Positions 7,719-17,007 of a DNA stretch of 45,845 bases are shown one piece after another. The stretch comes from a virus (Duplodnaviria; Caudoviricetes): the IMG/VR virus record IMGVR_UViG_3300034088_000041, positions 1 to 45,845 of that record. One strand, written 5' to 3'. The position numbers and the translations under genes were made by a program. Each line of letters starts with the position of its first letter. The first letter of the stretch is position 1. The notes below the pieces were generated by a model. That model had not been told where the DNA came from, did no database searches, and worked only from the letters and a program-made list of their open reading frames with translations.

Positions 7719-9175
7719 GCGTTCAGATCGTCGAAGAGCTCGCCGCAAGGCTCGGCCTGGAGATCGACGGCGAGGCGTTCGCCGTCGCGGAAAAGCTCCT
7801 GGGCGCCGTTCGTGGTGGGATGGTCGGTCTCGCGGCAGCCGGTGCTGCGGTCGGGATGGCGGTCGTCGCGGCCGCGGCGAAGACGGCGGCTTACGCGGAC
7901 GCGACGGCGAAGGCGGCCGAGCGGACGGGGATCGCGGTCGACAGCCTTCAGGCGCTCCAGTACGCGGCCGAGCGGGCGGACGTCTCCGCCGGCGACCTCG
8001 AGGGTGCGCTGCGGTTCGCGGCGAAGCGCGGCGTGAAGGACCTGGAGGGCGAGCTCCTGCGGGCAGCAGAGCAGTTCGAGCGGATGCCGGACGGGGCCGA
8101 GAAGGCCGCGCTGGCGATGAAGCTCTTCGGGAAGCAGGGCACCGCGCTCATCCCGATGCTGAACAAGGGCACCGCTGGCCTCGACGAGATGACGGCGAAG
8201 GCGCAGGACATGGGCCTCGTCCTCGGCGCCGACACCCAGGAGCAGGCGGCGGCGCTGAAGGACACGCTCGAGGACGTCCAGGGCTACCTGCGCGGGCTGG
8301 CGTACACGATCGCGGGTCCGTTCCTGAAGCCGATCCGGGAGGCGCTGGAGCGGCTCGCGAAGTGGATCCGCGAGCACCGGCCGCAGATCCAGAGGGCCTT
8401 CGAGGCGATCGGCACAGCGATCGGCACCGCCATGAAGTACGCCGCACAGCTCATCGAGCCGGTGATCGACCTCCTGTGGCGGCTCGGGGGGGCGATCCTT
8501 GGCAGCACGACGGGCCGCGTGCTCGCGGCGCTGGCGGCGTTCGGCTTCGCCCTTACCCTGCCGTTTGCGGGGCCGGTCATCGCGATCGGCGCGCTGCTCG
8601 TGGCGCTCGAGGAGCTCTGGGGCTGGATTACCGGCGAGCGTGACACGCTGCTCGAGGACACTTTCGGCCCCTTCGCCGACTTCAAGAAGGACTTCCTCGG
8701 GTGGCTCTCGTTTGACGCCACGGACTCTCCGCTCGTGTTGGGGCTCAAGGGGATCCTGATCCTCGTGAAGGAGCTCTTCGGCTACCTGCGCGACTCCGTG
8801 ACGATGTGGGACAATCTGCTGTCGAAGGGCTCGATCAACCCCGGGTTCAACCGAGAGAACGCCGGCGGCACGCTGAAGTTCGGGCTCCGCTCGCTCTTCG
8901 GCGACAGCCTCCTGCGAGGCATCCTCACCGAGCAGGGGCAGGCGGCGCTCTACGAGGGCTCTACCTTTGCCGTCCCGCAGCAGTTCCAGGCGCCCGCCGC
9001 GCCGACCTCAGTGACCGGAGGTTCGCGCAGCGTGGCCGTGAGCGTCAACGTGACTGCGCCGGCTGGCGTCGACGCGCAGTCCTGGGCGGACCAGCTCGGG
9101 GCCGCGCTCGCGCCGCACGTGGAGCGCGCGATCGACGCACGGAACGCGGCGGCCCTGCCCGCCGCGGCCAGGTGA
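7715..9175 (+). CDS. Tape measure protein
   Basis: Ala-rich helical protein with LQALQYAA and LFGKQG..LIPMLNKG motifs; gene order. Confidence 0.85.
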   Translation: MSVQIVEELAARLGLEIDGEAFAVAEKLLGAVRGGMVGLAAAGAAVGMAVVAAAAKTAAYADATAKAAERTGIAVDSLQALQYAAERADVSAGDLEGALRFAAKRGVKDLEGELLRAAEQFERMPDGAEKAALAMKLFGKQGTALIPMLNKGTAGLDEMTAKAQDMGLVLGADTQEQAAALKDTLEDVQGYLRGLAYTIAGPFLKPIREALERLAKWIREHRPQIQRAFEAIGTAIGTAMKYAAQLIEPVIDLLWRLGGAILGSTTGRVLAALAAFGFALTLPFAGPVIAIGALLVALEELWGWITGERDTLLEDTFGPFADFKKDFLGWLSFDATDSPLVLGLKGILILVKELFGYLRDSVTMWDNLLSKGSINPGFNRENAGGTLKFGLRSLFGDSLLRGILTEQGQAALYEGSTFAVPQQFQAPAAPTSVTGGSRSVAVSVNVTAPAGVDAQSWADQLGAALAPHVERAIDARNAAALPAAAR

Positions 9176-9178
9176 CCG

Positions 9179-9766
9179 ATGGCCGCCATCGGCTACACGA
9201 CGGACGACGGCCGCCTCGAGGTGATCGAGTTCGACGTCCTGGACTCGCACGGGGTCACGCACGCGGCGAAGGCGACGCAGTACCCGGTGGAGACCGGCGC
9301 GGTTATCACCGATCACGTGCTCCAGGACGCCGACGTGGTCCGGCTCGCTGGACTCGTGACCAACACGCCGCTGCCAGCGAACGTCTCCATGGGCTTCCAG
9401 TACGACTCCTTCATCAGTGCCGCGGCCGGAGGCCAGTTCAAGGGCCGAGCGCAGGCGGCGTACCACGCGCTCGTGCGCGTGAAGGAGGCCGGGAAGCCCG
9501 TCACCATCGACACGCCGCTGCGCTGGTATGAGGACATGGTCCTCGAGTCGGTCGAGACGTCGGAGAGCGACGGCGGTGATGCGCTGACCTTCAACCTCTC
9601 CGCGCGCCAGATCCGAACGACGTCGACCGCGACCGTGCCGGCGCCCCAGATCGAGGCCGCGAATCCGAAGGTGAAGAAGGGCAAGCAGCCCACCAAGAAG
9701 GTCGAGGGCGGGCGCCCGAAGTCGACCTTGAAGGCCGGGAAGCAGCTCATCTTCGATGCCCCCTAA
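9179..9766 (+). CDS. Baseplate/tube initiator (Dit-like) protein
   Basis: TQYPVETGA.ITDH and YEDMVLES motifs. Confidence 0.78.
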   Translation: MAAIGYTTDDGRLEVIEFDVLDSHGVTHAAKATQYPVETGAVITDHVLQDADVVRLAGLVTNTPLPANVSMGFQYDSFISAAAGGQFKGRAQAAYHALVRVKEAGKPVTIDTPLRWYEDMVLESVETSESDGGDALTFNLSARQIRTTSTATVPAPQIEAANPKVKKGKQPTKKVEGGRPKSTLKAGKQLIFDAP

Positions 9767-9769
9767 TCC

Positions 9770-10090
9770 ATGACCACCCTGATCCTCGCCGCGGCGGCCG
9801 ACGCCCCGCACTTCGACTTCAGCTCCACGCTGGAGGGGAAGCTGCTCACGTTCGAGTTCCGCTGGAACGAGCGCTCAGGCGCCTGGTTCCTCTCCCTCTT
9901 CGACGACACCGGCGCGCCGATCTTCTCCGGTCGGCGGGTGGTCCTCGGCGCGGACCTGCTCGGCCGCTCGGCCGACTCGCGCCTGCCCCCGGGGATGCTC
10001 ATCGCCTACGACACCTCGGGCGCCAACCTCGAGGCCGGACGGAACGACCTCGGGGGCCGGGTCAAGATCCTCTACGTCGAGGCGAGCTGA
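9770..10090 (+). CDS. Baseplate plug-like protein
   Basis: FRWNERSGAWFLSL motif; gene order. Confidence 0.72.
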   Translation: MTTLILAAAADAPHFDFSSTLEGKLLTFEFRWNERSGAWFLSLFDDTGAPIFSGRRVVLGADLLGRSADSRLPPGMLIAYDTSGANLEAGRNDLGGRVKILYVEAS

Positions 10091-10941
10091 TGTCCGCGAG
10101 CTTCGGTCGCGCCTGGAAGGTGATCGTCGGCGAGACGGAGATCGCCGGGCTCCGGGTTCGCTTCAAGGCGAAGAAGACGGCGAGCGCCGACCCAAGCGCG
10201 CTCGACCTCTCCATCTACAACCTCTCCGCGTCGACGCGCGCGAAGCTCTCGGCCTCGGCCCGTCCACCGGTGGTCCTCATGGCCGGGTACAGGGACGCCG
10301 CGGGGCTCATCTTCGCGGGGCCGGCCCGCACGATCGACCACGTGTGCGAGGGCGCGGACTGGATGACCCACATCCTCTGCGGCGACGGCGAGCAGGCCTA
10401 CGCCGGCTTCTCCTCGTTCTCCTTCAAGGCCGGCACGAAGAAGGGCGACGTCCTCGCGCGCTGGACGGACGACCTCAAGGCGCTCGGCGTCGACGTCGCC
10501 GACGCGCAGGCCGCGATCCGGATGGGCGGGATCGCCGGGCTGAAGGAGTACTTCACGCAGGGCTTCGCCGCGCACGGCCGGACGATGAAGGAGGGGGACC
10601 GGCTCCTCGCGTCGATCGCGGCGGAGTACTCCATCCAGGATGGCCGGCTGGTCATCACGGAGGTCGCGAAGCCCTCGGCCGAGCCCGCGGTCCTCCTGTC
10701 GCCGGCGACGGGCCTGCTCGGCAGCCCGGACCGCGGTGCACCGGAGAAGGTCGGCGGGGAGACGACGCCCGTCGCGCTCCTCAAGGCGAAGGCGCTCCTG
10801 AACGGCGAGCTGCGCCCCATGCGCGCGCTGCGCCTGGAGACCGCCTCTATCAGCGGCGACTACCGGGTCGAGAGCGTCGAGCACGCCGGCGACTCCCATG
10901 GCGCGGAGTGGTCCTCGACGGTGGAGGCTCGACCGCTGTGA
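10090..10941 (+). CDS. Baseplate hub protein
   Basis: IYNLS, AGY, YSIQDG, TGLLGSP and HAGDS motifs. Confidence 0.8.
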   Translation: MSASFGRAWKVIVGETEIAGLRVRFKAKKTASADPSALDLSIYNLSASTRAKLSASARPPVVLMAGYRDAAGLIFAGPARTIDHVCEGADWMTHILCGDGEQAYAGFSSFSFKAGTKKGDVLARWTDDLKALGVDVADAQAAIRMGGIAGLKEYFTQGFAAHGRTMKEGDRLLASIAAEYSIQDGRLVITEVAKPSAEPAVLLSPATGLLGSPDRGAPEKVGGETTPVALLKAKALLNGELRPMRALRLETASISGDYRVESVEHAGDSHGAEWSSTVEARPL

Positions 10942-11591
10942 GCGCGCCGTCTTTGGCCGACGTCGTCCGTGCGTTCGTCCGGGAGGGGGCGGCCGACCTG
11001 CACGTCTCGATCCCCGCGAAGGTGGTCCGGGTGGAGCTCGCGAAGGGACTCGTCGACGCGCAGCCGCTCGTGAAGGACGTCTTCGACGGGGAGGCGGTCT
11101 CGGTCCCGGTCATCACCAACGTCCCGATCGTCTGGCCGGGCGCGGGCGGCTTTCGGCTCACCTTCCCGATCGCCGCCGGCGACGTCGTTCTCCTGGTCTT
11201 CTCGGACCGCTCGCTCGACCTCTGGCTGGAGAAGGGCGGGGAGGTGGACCCCGAGGACCCGCGGCGCCACGCCTTGAGCGACGCCATCGCGATCCCGGGC
11301 CTGCGCTCGTTCAAGGAGCCCTGGTCGGGAGCGGCCGCCGACGGGGTGGCGCTGGGGAAGGACGGCGGGACCCAGGTGAAGGTGAAGGACGGGGCGATCG
11401 AGCTCGGCGGCGACGCCCAGCCTGCAGCGCTCGGGACGTCCGTGCGCACCGAGCTCGACGCCATCTGGACGGCGCTCCAGACCCACATCCACCCTGCGAC
11501 CTGCACCGGCGGGACCACCACCGTCTCCGCGCCGGCCGTCACGAAGGCGGCAGAGACGGTCGAGTCGGCGACGGTCTCCCTGGCGGAGTAG
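10938..11591 (+). CDS. Baseplate central spike (Gp138-like)
   Basis: GTG start; LTFPI..GD.VLLVFSDRSLD.W and RRHALSDAIAIPG motifs; C-terminal HxH metal motif (THIH). Confidence 0.85.
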   Translation: MSAPSLADVVRAFVREGAADLHVSIPAKVVRVELAKGLVDAQPLVKDVFDGEAVSVPVITNVPIVWPGAGGFRLTFPIAAGDVVLLVFSDRSLDLWLEKGGEVDPEDPRRHALSDAIAIPGLRSFKEPWSGAAADGVALGKDGGTQVKVKDGAIELGGDAQPAALGTSVRTELDAIWTALQTHIHPATCTGGTTTVSAPAVTKAAETVESATVSLAE

Positions 11592-11610
11592 CCGCACCCC
11601 CGAGCCGGGC

Positions 11611-11627
11611 GATACGTGATCGCCATG
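11611..11627 (+). promoter_or_regulatory. GATACG-N8-ATG motif
   Basis: GATACG TGATCGCC ATG. Confidence 0.7.
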
Positions 11628-11978
11628 GCCGGCCTCTCCATCAAGACGACGTCCGGCGAGCTCGTCTTCGAGGCGGGCTCGCTTGCTATGGTCACCGGGA
11701 GGGACGCCATCGCCCAGGGGATCGGCGCTCGGCTCAAGACCTTCCGCGGCGAGTGGTTCCTGGACGGCTCGATTGGCGTGCCCTACCTCGAGCAGGTCCT
11801 CGGCCGGAAGCGTCCCAACCTGGCGGCGGTCGAGCAGCTGCTCCGCGCCGAGATCCTCGCGGTCGCCGGCGTGACCTCCGTCCTCGCCCTCACCCTCTCG
11901 CTCGGCTCCACGACTCGCACGCTCTCCGGCACCTTCTCGGCCGCGACGAGCGAGGGCGTCGTGGAGGGGACCATCTAG
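11625..11978 (+). CDS. Baseplate wedge protein (gp25/W-like)
   Basis: RLKTFRGEWFLD..GVPY motif; start assigned from the GATACG-N8-ATG motif. Confidence 0.8.
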   Translation: MAGLSIKTTSGELVFEAGSLAMVTGRDAIAQGIGARLKTFRGEWFLDGSIGVPYLEQVLGRKRPNLAAVEQLLRAEILAVAGVTSVLALTLSLGSTTRTLSGTFSAATSEGVVEGTI

Positions 11979-11981
11979 GCC

Positions 11982-13307
11982 ATGGCCACCACCTACGGCG
12001 TCACTCCCACGGGCTTCGTCACCAAGCCGCTCGCCGACTGCAAGACCGAGCTCGAGGCGGCCTTCCGGGCGGCGTTCGGCGCCGACATCAACCTCGACCC
12101 GCGGGAGCCCCCGGGGCAGCTCGTCGGTATCCTCGCCGAGCGCGAGGCGGCGCTCTGGGACCTCGCCCAGGACGTCTACAGGGCCATGGACCCCGACGCG
12201 AACGAGGGGGACGCCCAGGACGCCATCGCTGCGATCACGGGCACCCTGCGCGAGCCTGCGCGCGCGAGTACGGTGACGCTCGTGGTGGCCGGGACGGCGG
12301 GGACCGTCCTCGCGTCCGGGCGCGTGGCGAGCTCGCCGGCGACGGCCTACCGCTTCGCGACGACGGTCGCGGCTACGATCGCGGCCGCGACAGCGTGGGC
12401 TGGCACGACCGCCTACACGGTGGGGCAGCGGCGCGCGAACGGCGGCGAGATCTACGAGGTCACGATCGCGGGGACCTCGGCCGGCGCGGGCGGCCCGACG
12501 GGGCAGGGGAGCGCGATCGTCGACGGCGGCGTGACCTGGGAGTGGGTCATCACGGGGACCGCCTACGCCGACGTCGCCGCCGCGGCGGAGGAGACCGGGC
12601 CGAAGCAGGCGCTCGCCGGGTCCATCACGGTCATCGAGACGCCGGTGGCGGGGTGGACCGCCGTACGGAACCCGCTCGATGCGGTCGTGGGCGCGGACCT
12701 GGAGACGGCCGCGGCGCTCCGGATCCGACGCGAGGACGAGCTGCGCGCGGTCGGCGGAGCGGCGCAGGACGCGATCCGGGCGGACGTCCTCGCGGTCGAC
12801 GGCGTCACTGCCTGCACCGTCTTCGAGAACACCACGGCGGTCACCGACGCCGACGGGATCCCGCCGAAGGCGATCGAGGTGATGGTCTCGGGGGGCGCCG
12901 ACCAGGCGATTCGTGAGGTGCTCTGGGGCTCGAAGGCCGCGGGCATCGAGACGCACGGCGGAGTTTCGGGCTCCATCACCGACTCCCAGGGCGTGAGCCA
13001 CACGGTCGAGTTCTCGCGTCCGACGGCCAAGCTCGTCTACCTCGACGTCGACATCAAGGTCGGGTCGACCTTCCCCGCCGACGGCGACGCCCAGGTGAAG
13101 GCGCAGCTCGTCGCGCAGACCTACGCCGCCGGCGACGACGTGATCGCCTGGGCGCTCAAGAAGCTCGTCACCGTCGCGGGGGTGCTGGACGTGCCGGTGC
13201 TCCGGGTCGGGCTGGTCCAGTGGCCAGCGACCGAGGCTACCCTCACCATCGCCGCGCGCGAGCTCGCCAAGCTCGACTCGGCTCGGATCCGTTTGAACCA
13301 CGTCTGA
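11982..13307 (+). CDS. Baseplate J-like protein with an inserted carbohydrate-binding-like module
   Basis: GQLVGI, GADLET..ALR.R and ENTT...D..GIPP motifs; extra W...AY.VG...DGGVTW segment. Confidence 0.88.
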   Translation: MATTYGVTPTGFVTKPLADCKTELEAAFRAAFGADINLDPREPPGQLVGILAEREAALWDLAQDVYRAMDPDANEGDAQDAIAAITGTLREPARASTVTLVVAGTAGTVLASGRVASSPATAYRFATTVAATIAAATAWAGTTAYTVGQRRANGGEIYEVTIAGTSAGAGGPTGQGSAIVDGGVTWEWVITGTAYADVAAAAEETGPKQALAGSITVIETPVAGWTAVRNPLDAVVGADLETAAALRIRREDELRAVGGAAQDAIRADVLAVDGVTACTVFENTTAVTDADGIPPKAIEVMVSGGADQAIREVLWGSKAAGIETHGGVSGSITDSQGVSHTVEFSRPTAKLVYLDVDIKVGSTFPADGDAQVKAQLVAQTYAAGDDVIAWALKKLVTVAGVLDVPVLRVGLVQWPATEATLTIAARELAKLDSARIRLNHV

Positions 13308-13310
13308 GCC

Positions 13311-13874
13311 ATGGGCACCCCGACCCACATCCTCGACCACGCCGACCAGGCGGCCGCGCGGCTCCTCCAGCAGTACCGAGAGGGCGTCTCCGTGCCGGCG
13401 CTGGTCCGCGCGCTCTCCAGCGGCTACCAGCAGATCGAGGACGTGCTCTGGGACATCCGGCTGCGACGGGCGGTGAGCGCCGCGGAGGGCCAGCAACTGG
13501 ACGTCCTCGGGCGCATCGTCGGGCAGCCGCGCGACGGCAGGACCGACGCGGTCTTCGGGATCTGGATCCTCGCTCGCGTGCGCCTGAACAAGGGCTCGGG
13601 CCGGCCGGAGGACATCCTCCAGGTGTTCGCCGCGATCACGCAGGGCACGACCCGCCTCGATCTCGAAGAGCAGTACCCCGCCGGCTTCGTGCTCCGGATC
13701 GGGGCGAACCCGAACGTGCCCTCGGCCGAGCTCGCGACGCTGCTCAAGACGGCCCGCGCGGGCGGCGTGCAGGCGATCATCGAAGCGCCGAACGCGATCC
13801 CCTCCCAGACCTTCACCCTCGACATCGGCCCGGGGCTCGACGTCGGCAAGCTCGCCGACGCGCTCCCGGCGTAG
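13311..13874 (+). CDS. Baseplate wedge protein (DUF2612-like)
   Basis: LLQQYR and AEGQQLDVLGRIVG motifs. Confidence 0.82.
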   Translation: MGTPTHILDHADQAAARLLQQYREGVSVPALVRALSSGYQQIEDVLWDIRLRRAVSAAEGQQLDVLGRIVGQPRDGRTDAVFGIWILARVRLNKGSGRPEDILQVFAAITQGTTRLDLEEQYPAGFVLRIGANPNVPSAELATLLKTARAGGVQAIIEAPNAIPSQTFTLDIGPGLDVGKLADALPA

Positions 13875-13883
13875 GAGATCCCC

Positions 13884-14555
13884 ATGGCGAAGCCAACGTC
13901 ACTGCCGCGCTGGAGCGAGACCGTCGCCGGCGTCCCCGGGACCAACGAGGTCGAGCCCACCGAAGGGAAGAAGGACACCGGCTACGGGACCGGCGGCGAC
14001 ATCCCGACGAGCGGCGGCCTCAATTGGTGGATGCGGCTGGTCTACCTGTGGGCGAAGTGGCTGGACTCGGCCGCGTCGATCGCGACGGCTTCGGCGCTCG
14101 TCGTGCGGGATGCGGCGGGCCGGGCCCGGTTCGCTGACCCTTCGGACGTCGCCGATGCCGACACGAAGGGGGCGCGCGACGCGGCGATCACCACTGCCCT
14201 TACGACTGCCCTTGCCGTCAGCACTGGTGCCCTGACGATGGGGTCGGACTGGAGCCAGGGCGCGGGCACGGTGCTGAAGAAGACGGCAGGGATCGTTACG
14301 TTGACGCTCTACGCGGTCTCGGGGAGCACGGCGACGCCCGGTGTGGTGGCAACCCTCCCGGTCGGATACCGACCCAACGTGGACATCCAGTGCATCGGAC
14401 AGGGGAAGCTGTCGGCAGCCATGTTCAACGTCAAGACAACGGGCGTCATCGAGTTCTTCTCCTACCAGACCTCCTTTGGAGGGTTCACGGGCGCACCGAG
14501 TCCAGTAGGCAACCTGACCGGAGTCCTGATCTCGATCGCCTTCCACGTCGCCTAG
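13884..14555 (+). CDS. Tail fibre / receptor-binding protein
   Basis: EP..KKDTG...P....LNW N-terminal anchor; C-terminal ATLPVGYRP beta domain; visibly more A/T-ending codons in the 3' half. Confidence 0.78.
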   Translation: MAKPTSLPRWSETVAGVPGTNEVEPTEGKKDTGYGTGGDIPTSGGLNWWMRLVYLWAKWLDSAASIATASALVVRDAAGRARFADPSDVADADTKGARDAAITTALTTALAVSTGALTMGSDWSQGAGTVLKKTAGIVTLTLYAVSGSTATPGVVATLPVGYRPNVDIQCIGQGKLSAAMFNVKTTGVIEFFSYQTSFGGFTGAPSPVGNLTGVLISIAFHVA

Positions 14556-15064
14556 TAGCAGTCCGGGTAGAGGCTCGGAGGCGCGAGCTGGTCGACGTAG
14601 AGCGCGACCTGCCCGTCCCACCGCGGATCGGTGTGGCCGGGATCCCAGAGGACGGCGTGCCCGATCTCGTGCGCGAGCGGCGTGGACTCGACGCAGTGGC
14701 CGGCGCCGATGCCCTGCGAAACGTCGAACTCGATCTGGCGGTAGGTGTAGTCGGCATCGAGGGGCACCCAGCCGGCCGGGTCGTAGTAGGTGGTGCACCC
14801 TCCGCCCGCGCCGTCGCAGGCGTCCACGTCCATGAAGTGGATCCGGAGACCGGCGAGGCGCTCCGCGCCCCAGTAGGCGGCGGAGATGTCTAGCGCACGT
14901 CGGATCCGGACCTCGGTGTCGGGCGCGTGCAGCCACGGCTGCGCTGACTCGACGTAGACCCCGACCTCATCCCAGCAGAAGGTCGCGGCCTCGCAGGGGT
15001 CGAAGCGACCACATCCGGAGCACCCCACCAGGAGCATCACCGCCACCACGAAGGCCGTCTTCAT
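14552..15064 (-). CDS. Lipoprotein with zincin HExxH motif (putative metallopeptidase)
   Basis: MKTAFVVAVMLLVGC lipobox; LAHEIGHAVLWDPGH. Confidence 0.72.
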   Translation of the reverse strand: MKTAFVVAVMLLVGCSGCGRFDPCEAATFCWDEVGVYVESAQPWLHAPDTEVRIRRALDISAAYWGAERLAGLRIHFMDVDACDGAGGGCTTYYDPAGWVPLDADYTYRQIEFDVSQGIGAGHCVESTPLAHEIGHAVLWDPGHTDPRWDGQVALYVDQLAPPSLYPDCY

Positions 15065-15078
15065 GCACCCCGCGTATC
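15062..15078 (-). promoter_or_regulatory. GATACG-N8-ATG motif (lipoprotein gene)
   Basis: Minus strand: GATACG CGGGGTGC ATG. Confidence 0.7.
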
Positions 15079-15159
15079 AAGCTGGGGACGCAGGCCCGAG
15101 GCGGTTCGGGGCGGCGGATTCGCCTGGCGCGGGCGCCGCTAGCCGGCGGGGCCGCCCTT

Positions 15160-15176
15160 GATACGTGGGGGCCATG
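15160..15176 (+). promoter_or_regulatory. GATACG-N8-ATG motif (endolysin)
   Basis: GATACG TGGGGGCC ATG. Confidence 0.7.
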
Positions 15177-15551
15177 AAGCTCGCCCCCGTCATGCAGCTC
15201 CGCGGCGTGCGGCCGGAGACGGTCCTGGTCGCCGTCGTCATCGACTCGGTCTACGCGCGGCACGGGCTGGACGCCGCGATCACCTCGGTGGTCCGAGCCC
15301 CCAGCGCCACCAGCCTCCACGACGACGGCCTGGCGCTGGACGTCCGGCTCCCGAGCGCCAGCGAGCGGATCGTGCGGCCGCTGGTGGAGGGCGACGACCT
15401 GGACGAGCTCGTGCTCGACGACCTCCGGCGCGCGCTCGGCCCCCACTGCGACGTGGTGGACGAGCGGAAGCCGCTGCACGACCCCCCGCCGGTCGGCTGG
15501 GGTCCCCACTTCCATGTGGAGATCCAGCCTCGGGCTCCGGCCCGTCGCTAA
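15174..15551 (+). CDS. Endolysin, peptidase M15-like
   Basis: ITSVVR, SLHDDGLALD (SxHxxGxAxD) and HFHVE (HxH) Zn-peptidase motifs. Confidence 0.82.
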   Translation: MKLAPVMQLRGVRPETVLVAVVIDSVYARHGLDAAITSVVRAPSATSLHDDGLALDVRLPSASERIVRPLVEGDDLDELVLDDLRRALGPHCDVVDERKPLHDPPPVGWGPHFHVEIQPRAPARR

Positions 15552-16051
15552 GGACGCCAGTGACGGCCGTTGACCACAGCGTGGATCGCGGTATCCGAGA
15601 CGCCGTACTCGCGTCCGAGGGCGCTCTTGTTCGTCTCGCCGGCAGCGTGCCGGCTGCGGATCTCGGCCACGCTGGCCGGCGAGAGCTTGGCCCTCGGGTT
15701 GGCGGCGCCGCGGCGGTCGTACAGGCGGCCCTTCTGAACGCAGTCGGCGACGTTCTCGGCGTGCGTACCGAGGAAGAGGTGCGCGGGGTTCACGCAGGCG
15801 CGGTTGTCACAGCGGTGGCAGATCTCCATGCCCTCCGGGATCTCGCCGTGGTGGAGCAGCCAGCAGGCGCGGTGCGCCCCCATCATCCGGCCCCAGCCCC
15901 GGTCCTTGATGGTCGGCGGGGGTCCAAGCCCGTGCACCCAGAACAGGCCGTAGCCCGTGGGGAGGCGCGACGCGCGCCACTCCCAGCATTCGTCGGGGCC
16001 GCGAACCTCGACCTTCTCCCAGAAGCGACCCAGCTGTTCGTTCCAACTCAT
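15548..16051 (-). CDS. HNH homing endonuclease with C-terminal HTH
   Basis: RFWEKV, CWEW, GYG, AHR and CHRCDNRACVNPAHLFLGT..EN motifs; TATACT -10-like box 9 nt upstream. Confidence 0.9.
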   Translation of the reverse strand: MSWNEQLGRFWEKVEVRGPDECWEWRASRLPTGYGLFWVHGLGPPPTIKDRGWGRMMGAHRACWLLHHGEIPEGMEICHRCDNRACVNPAHLFLGTHAENVADCVQKGRLYDRRGAANPRAKLSPASVAEIRSRHAAGETNKSALGREYGVSDTAIHAVVNGRHWRP

Positions 16052-16092
16052 GGCGTCGCCAGTATAGGCGGCGCGTCCGACAGGAGAGACGC

Positions 16093-16668
16093 ATGACCCC
16101 GACCTACGCCCCCGGCCCCGGCTTCAAGACCTACGGCCCCGCCCTCTCGCGCTCCCGCCTCCGGGCCGCCGCGCTCTTCTTCGGCATGCTCGCCCTCGCC
16201 GTGATGGCGATCCTTCTCCCCGCGATCGTCCACGGCCAGACGCCCGACCCGGGCGCGGACCCCAGCTCGTTCCTGCTCTCCATCGTGACCGCCATCCAGG
16301 GCGGCGACTGGCGCGGGCTCGCGGTCCTCGTCGCGATCGGCGTCACCTGGGCGGCGAAGAAGTACGGCGCGAAGCTCTGGCCCTTCCTCGGCACGGCGCG
16401 CGGCGGTGCGGCGCTGGCGCTCTTCCTGGGCTTCGCGGGCACCCTGGTTCCGGCGCTCGCCGGCGGCGCGAGCATCACGCCGAAGCTGGCGATCGACGCC
16501 CTCCTCTTCGGCCTCACCTCCATCGGCGGCTGGGTCGGCGTGCGGCGGCTGATCTGGGGCGACGTCTCGGCGCAGGTGAACGCGGAGGCCGCCAAGGTGG
16601 CGACGCCCCTCCCGGCGGACGCGACGCTCGAGCAGCTCCGCGACCGGGCCGACAGGCCGGTGGGGTAG
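16093..16668 (+). CDS. Multi-pass membrane protein, putative holin
   Basis: Several hydrophobic segments; AGGAG RBS; lysis-region position. Confidence 0.6.
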   Translation: MTPTYAPGPGFKTYGPALSRSRLRAAALFFGMLALAVMAILLPAIVHGQTPDPGADPSSFLLSIVTAIQGGDWRGLAVLVAIGVTWAAKKYGAKLWPFLGTARGGAALALFLGFAGTLVPALAGGASITPKLAIDALLFGLTSIGGWVGVRRLIWGDVSAQVNAEAAKVATPLPADATLEQLRDRADRPVG

Positions 16669-16671
16669 GGC

Positions 16672-17007
16672 GTGCGGCGCCTCGTCTCGGCGGTGGTGGC
16701 GGCGGCCCTGATGGTGGGCGGCGTGGCGCGGGCGGAAGGGCCGCCGTCGCCTCCACCGGGGCAGCGCCCGATCCTGCGGCAGGGTGAGCCAGCGCCCGCG
16801 GACGGGCTGCTCGCGACGGACCCGTGGGCCAGGTACGACGACAAGCGCCTGGCGTGGGTGACCGCCCAGCGGGAGGCATGCCTGCGCCAGCTCGAGGTCT
16901 CCCCGCCCCCGGGCGGCTGGCGGCCGACGCTGATCGTCGCCGGCGTGACGGTGACGCTCGGACTCGCCGGCGGGCTCTACCTCGGCGCGAAGATCTGGAG
17001 GCGGTGA
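16672..17007 (+). CDS. Exported membrane-anchored protein (possibly spanin-like)
   Basis: Signal peptide, Pro-rich region and C-terminal TM helix followed by a basic tail. Confidence 0.55.
   Translation: MRRLVSAVVAAALMVGGVARAEGPPSPPPGQRPILRQGEPAPADGLLATDPWARYDDKRLAWVTAQREACLRQLEVSPPPGGWRPTLIVAGVTVTLGLAGGLYLGAKIWRR

Noticed and set aside
10860-13496. Very long antisense or alternative-frame ORFs (e.g. 878 aa here, 748 aa at 2993-5239, 623 aa at 40412-42283, 571 aa at 24308-26023)
   Set aside because: They are shadow ORFs expected in high-GC DNA: Arg/Gly/Pro-rich, without motifs, and overlapping well-supported genes.
13884-14555. Diversity-generating retroelement or invertible tail-fibre cassette
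   Set aside because: No reverse transcriptase, template/variable repeat pair, small invertase or alternative fibre tips were seen.
15548-16051. HNH genes as group I intron- or intein-encoded
   Set aside because: Flanking genes appear intact with their own starts and stops; the HNHs are free-standing.
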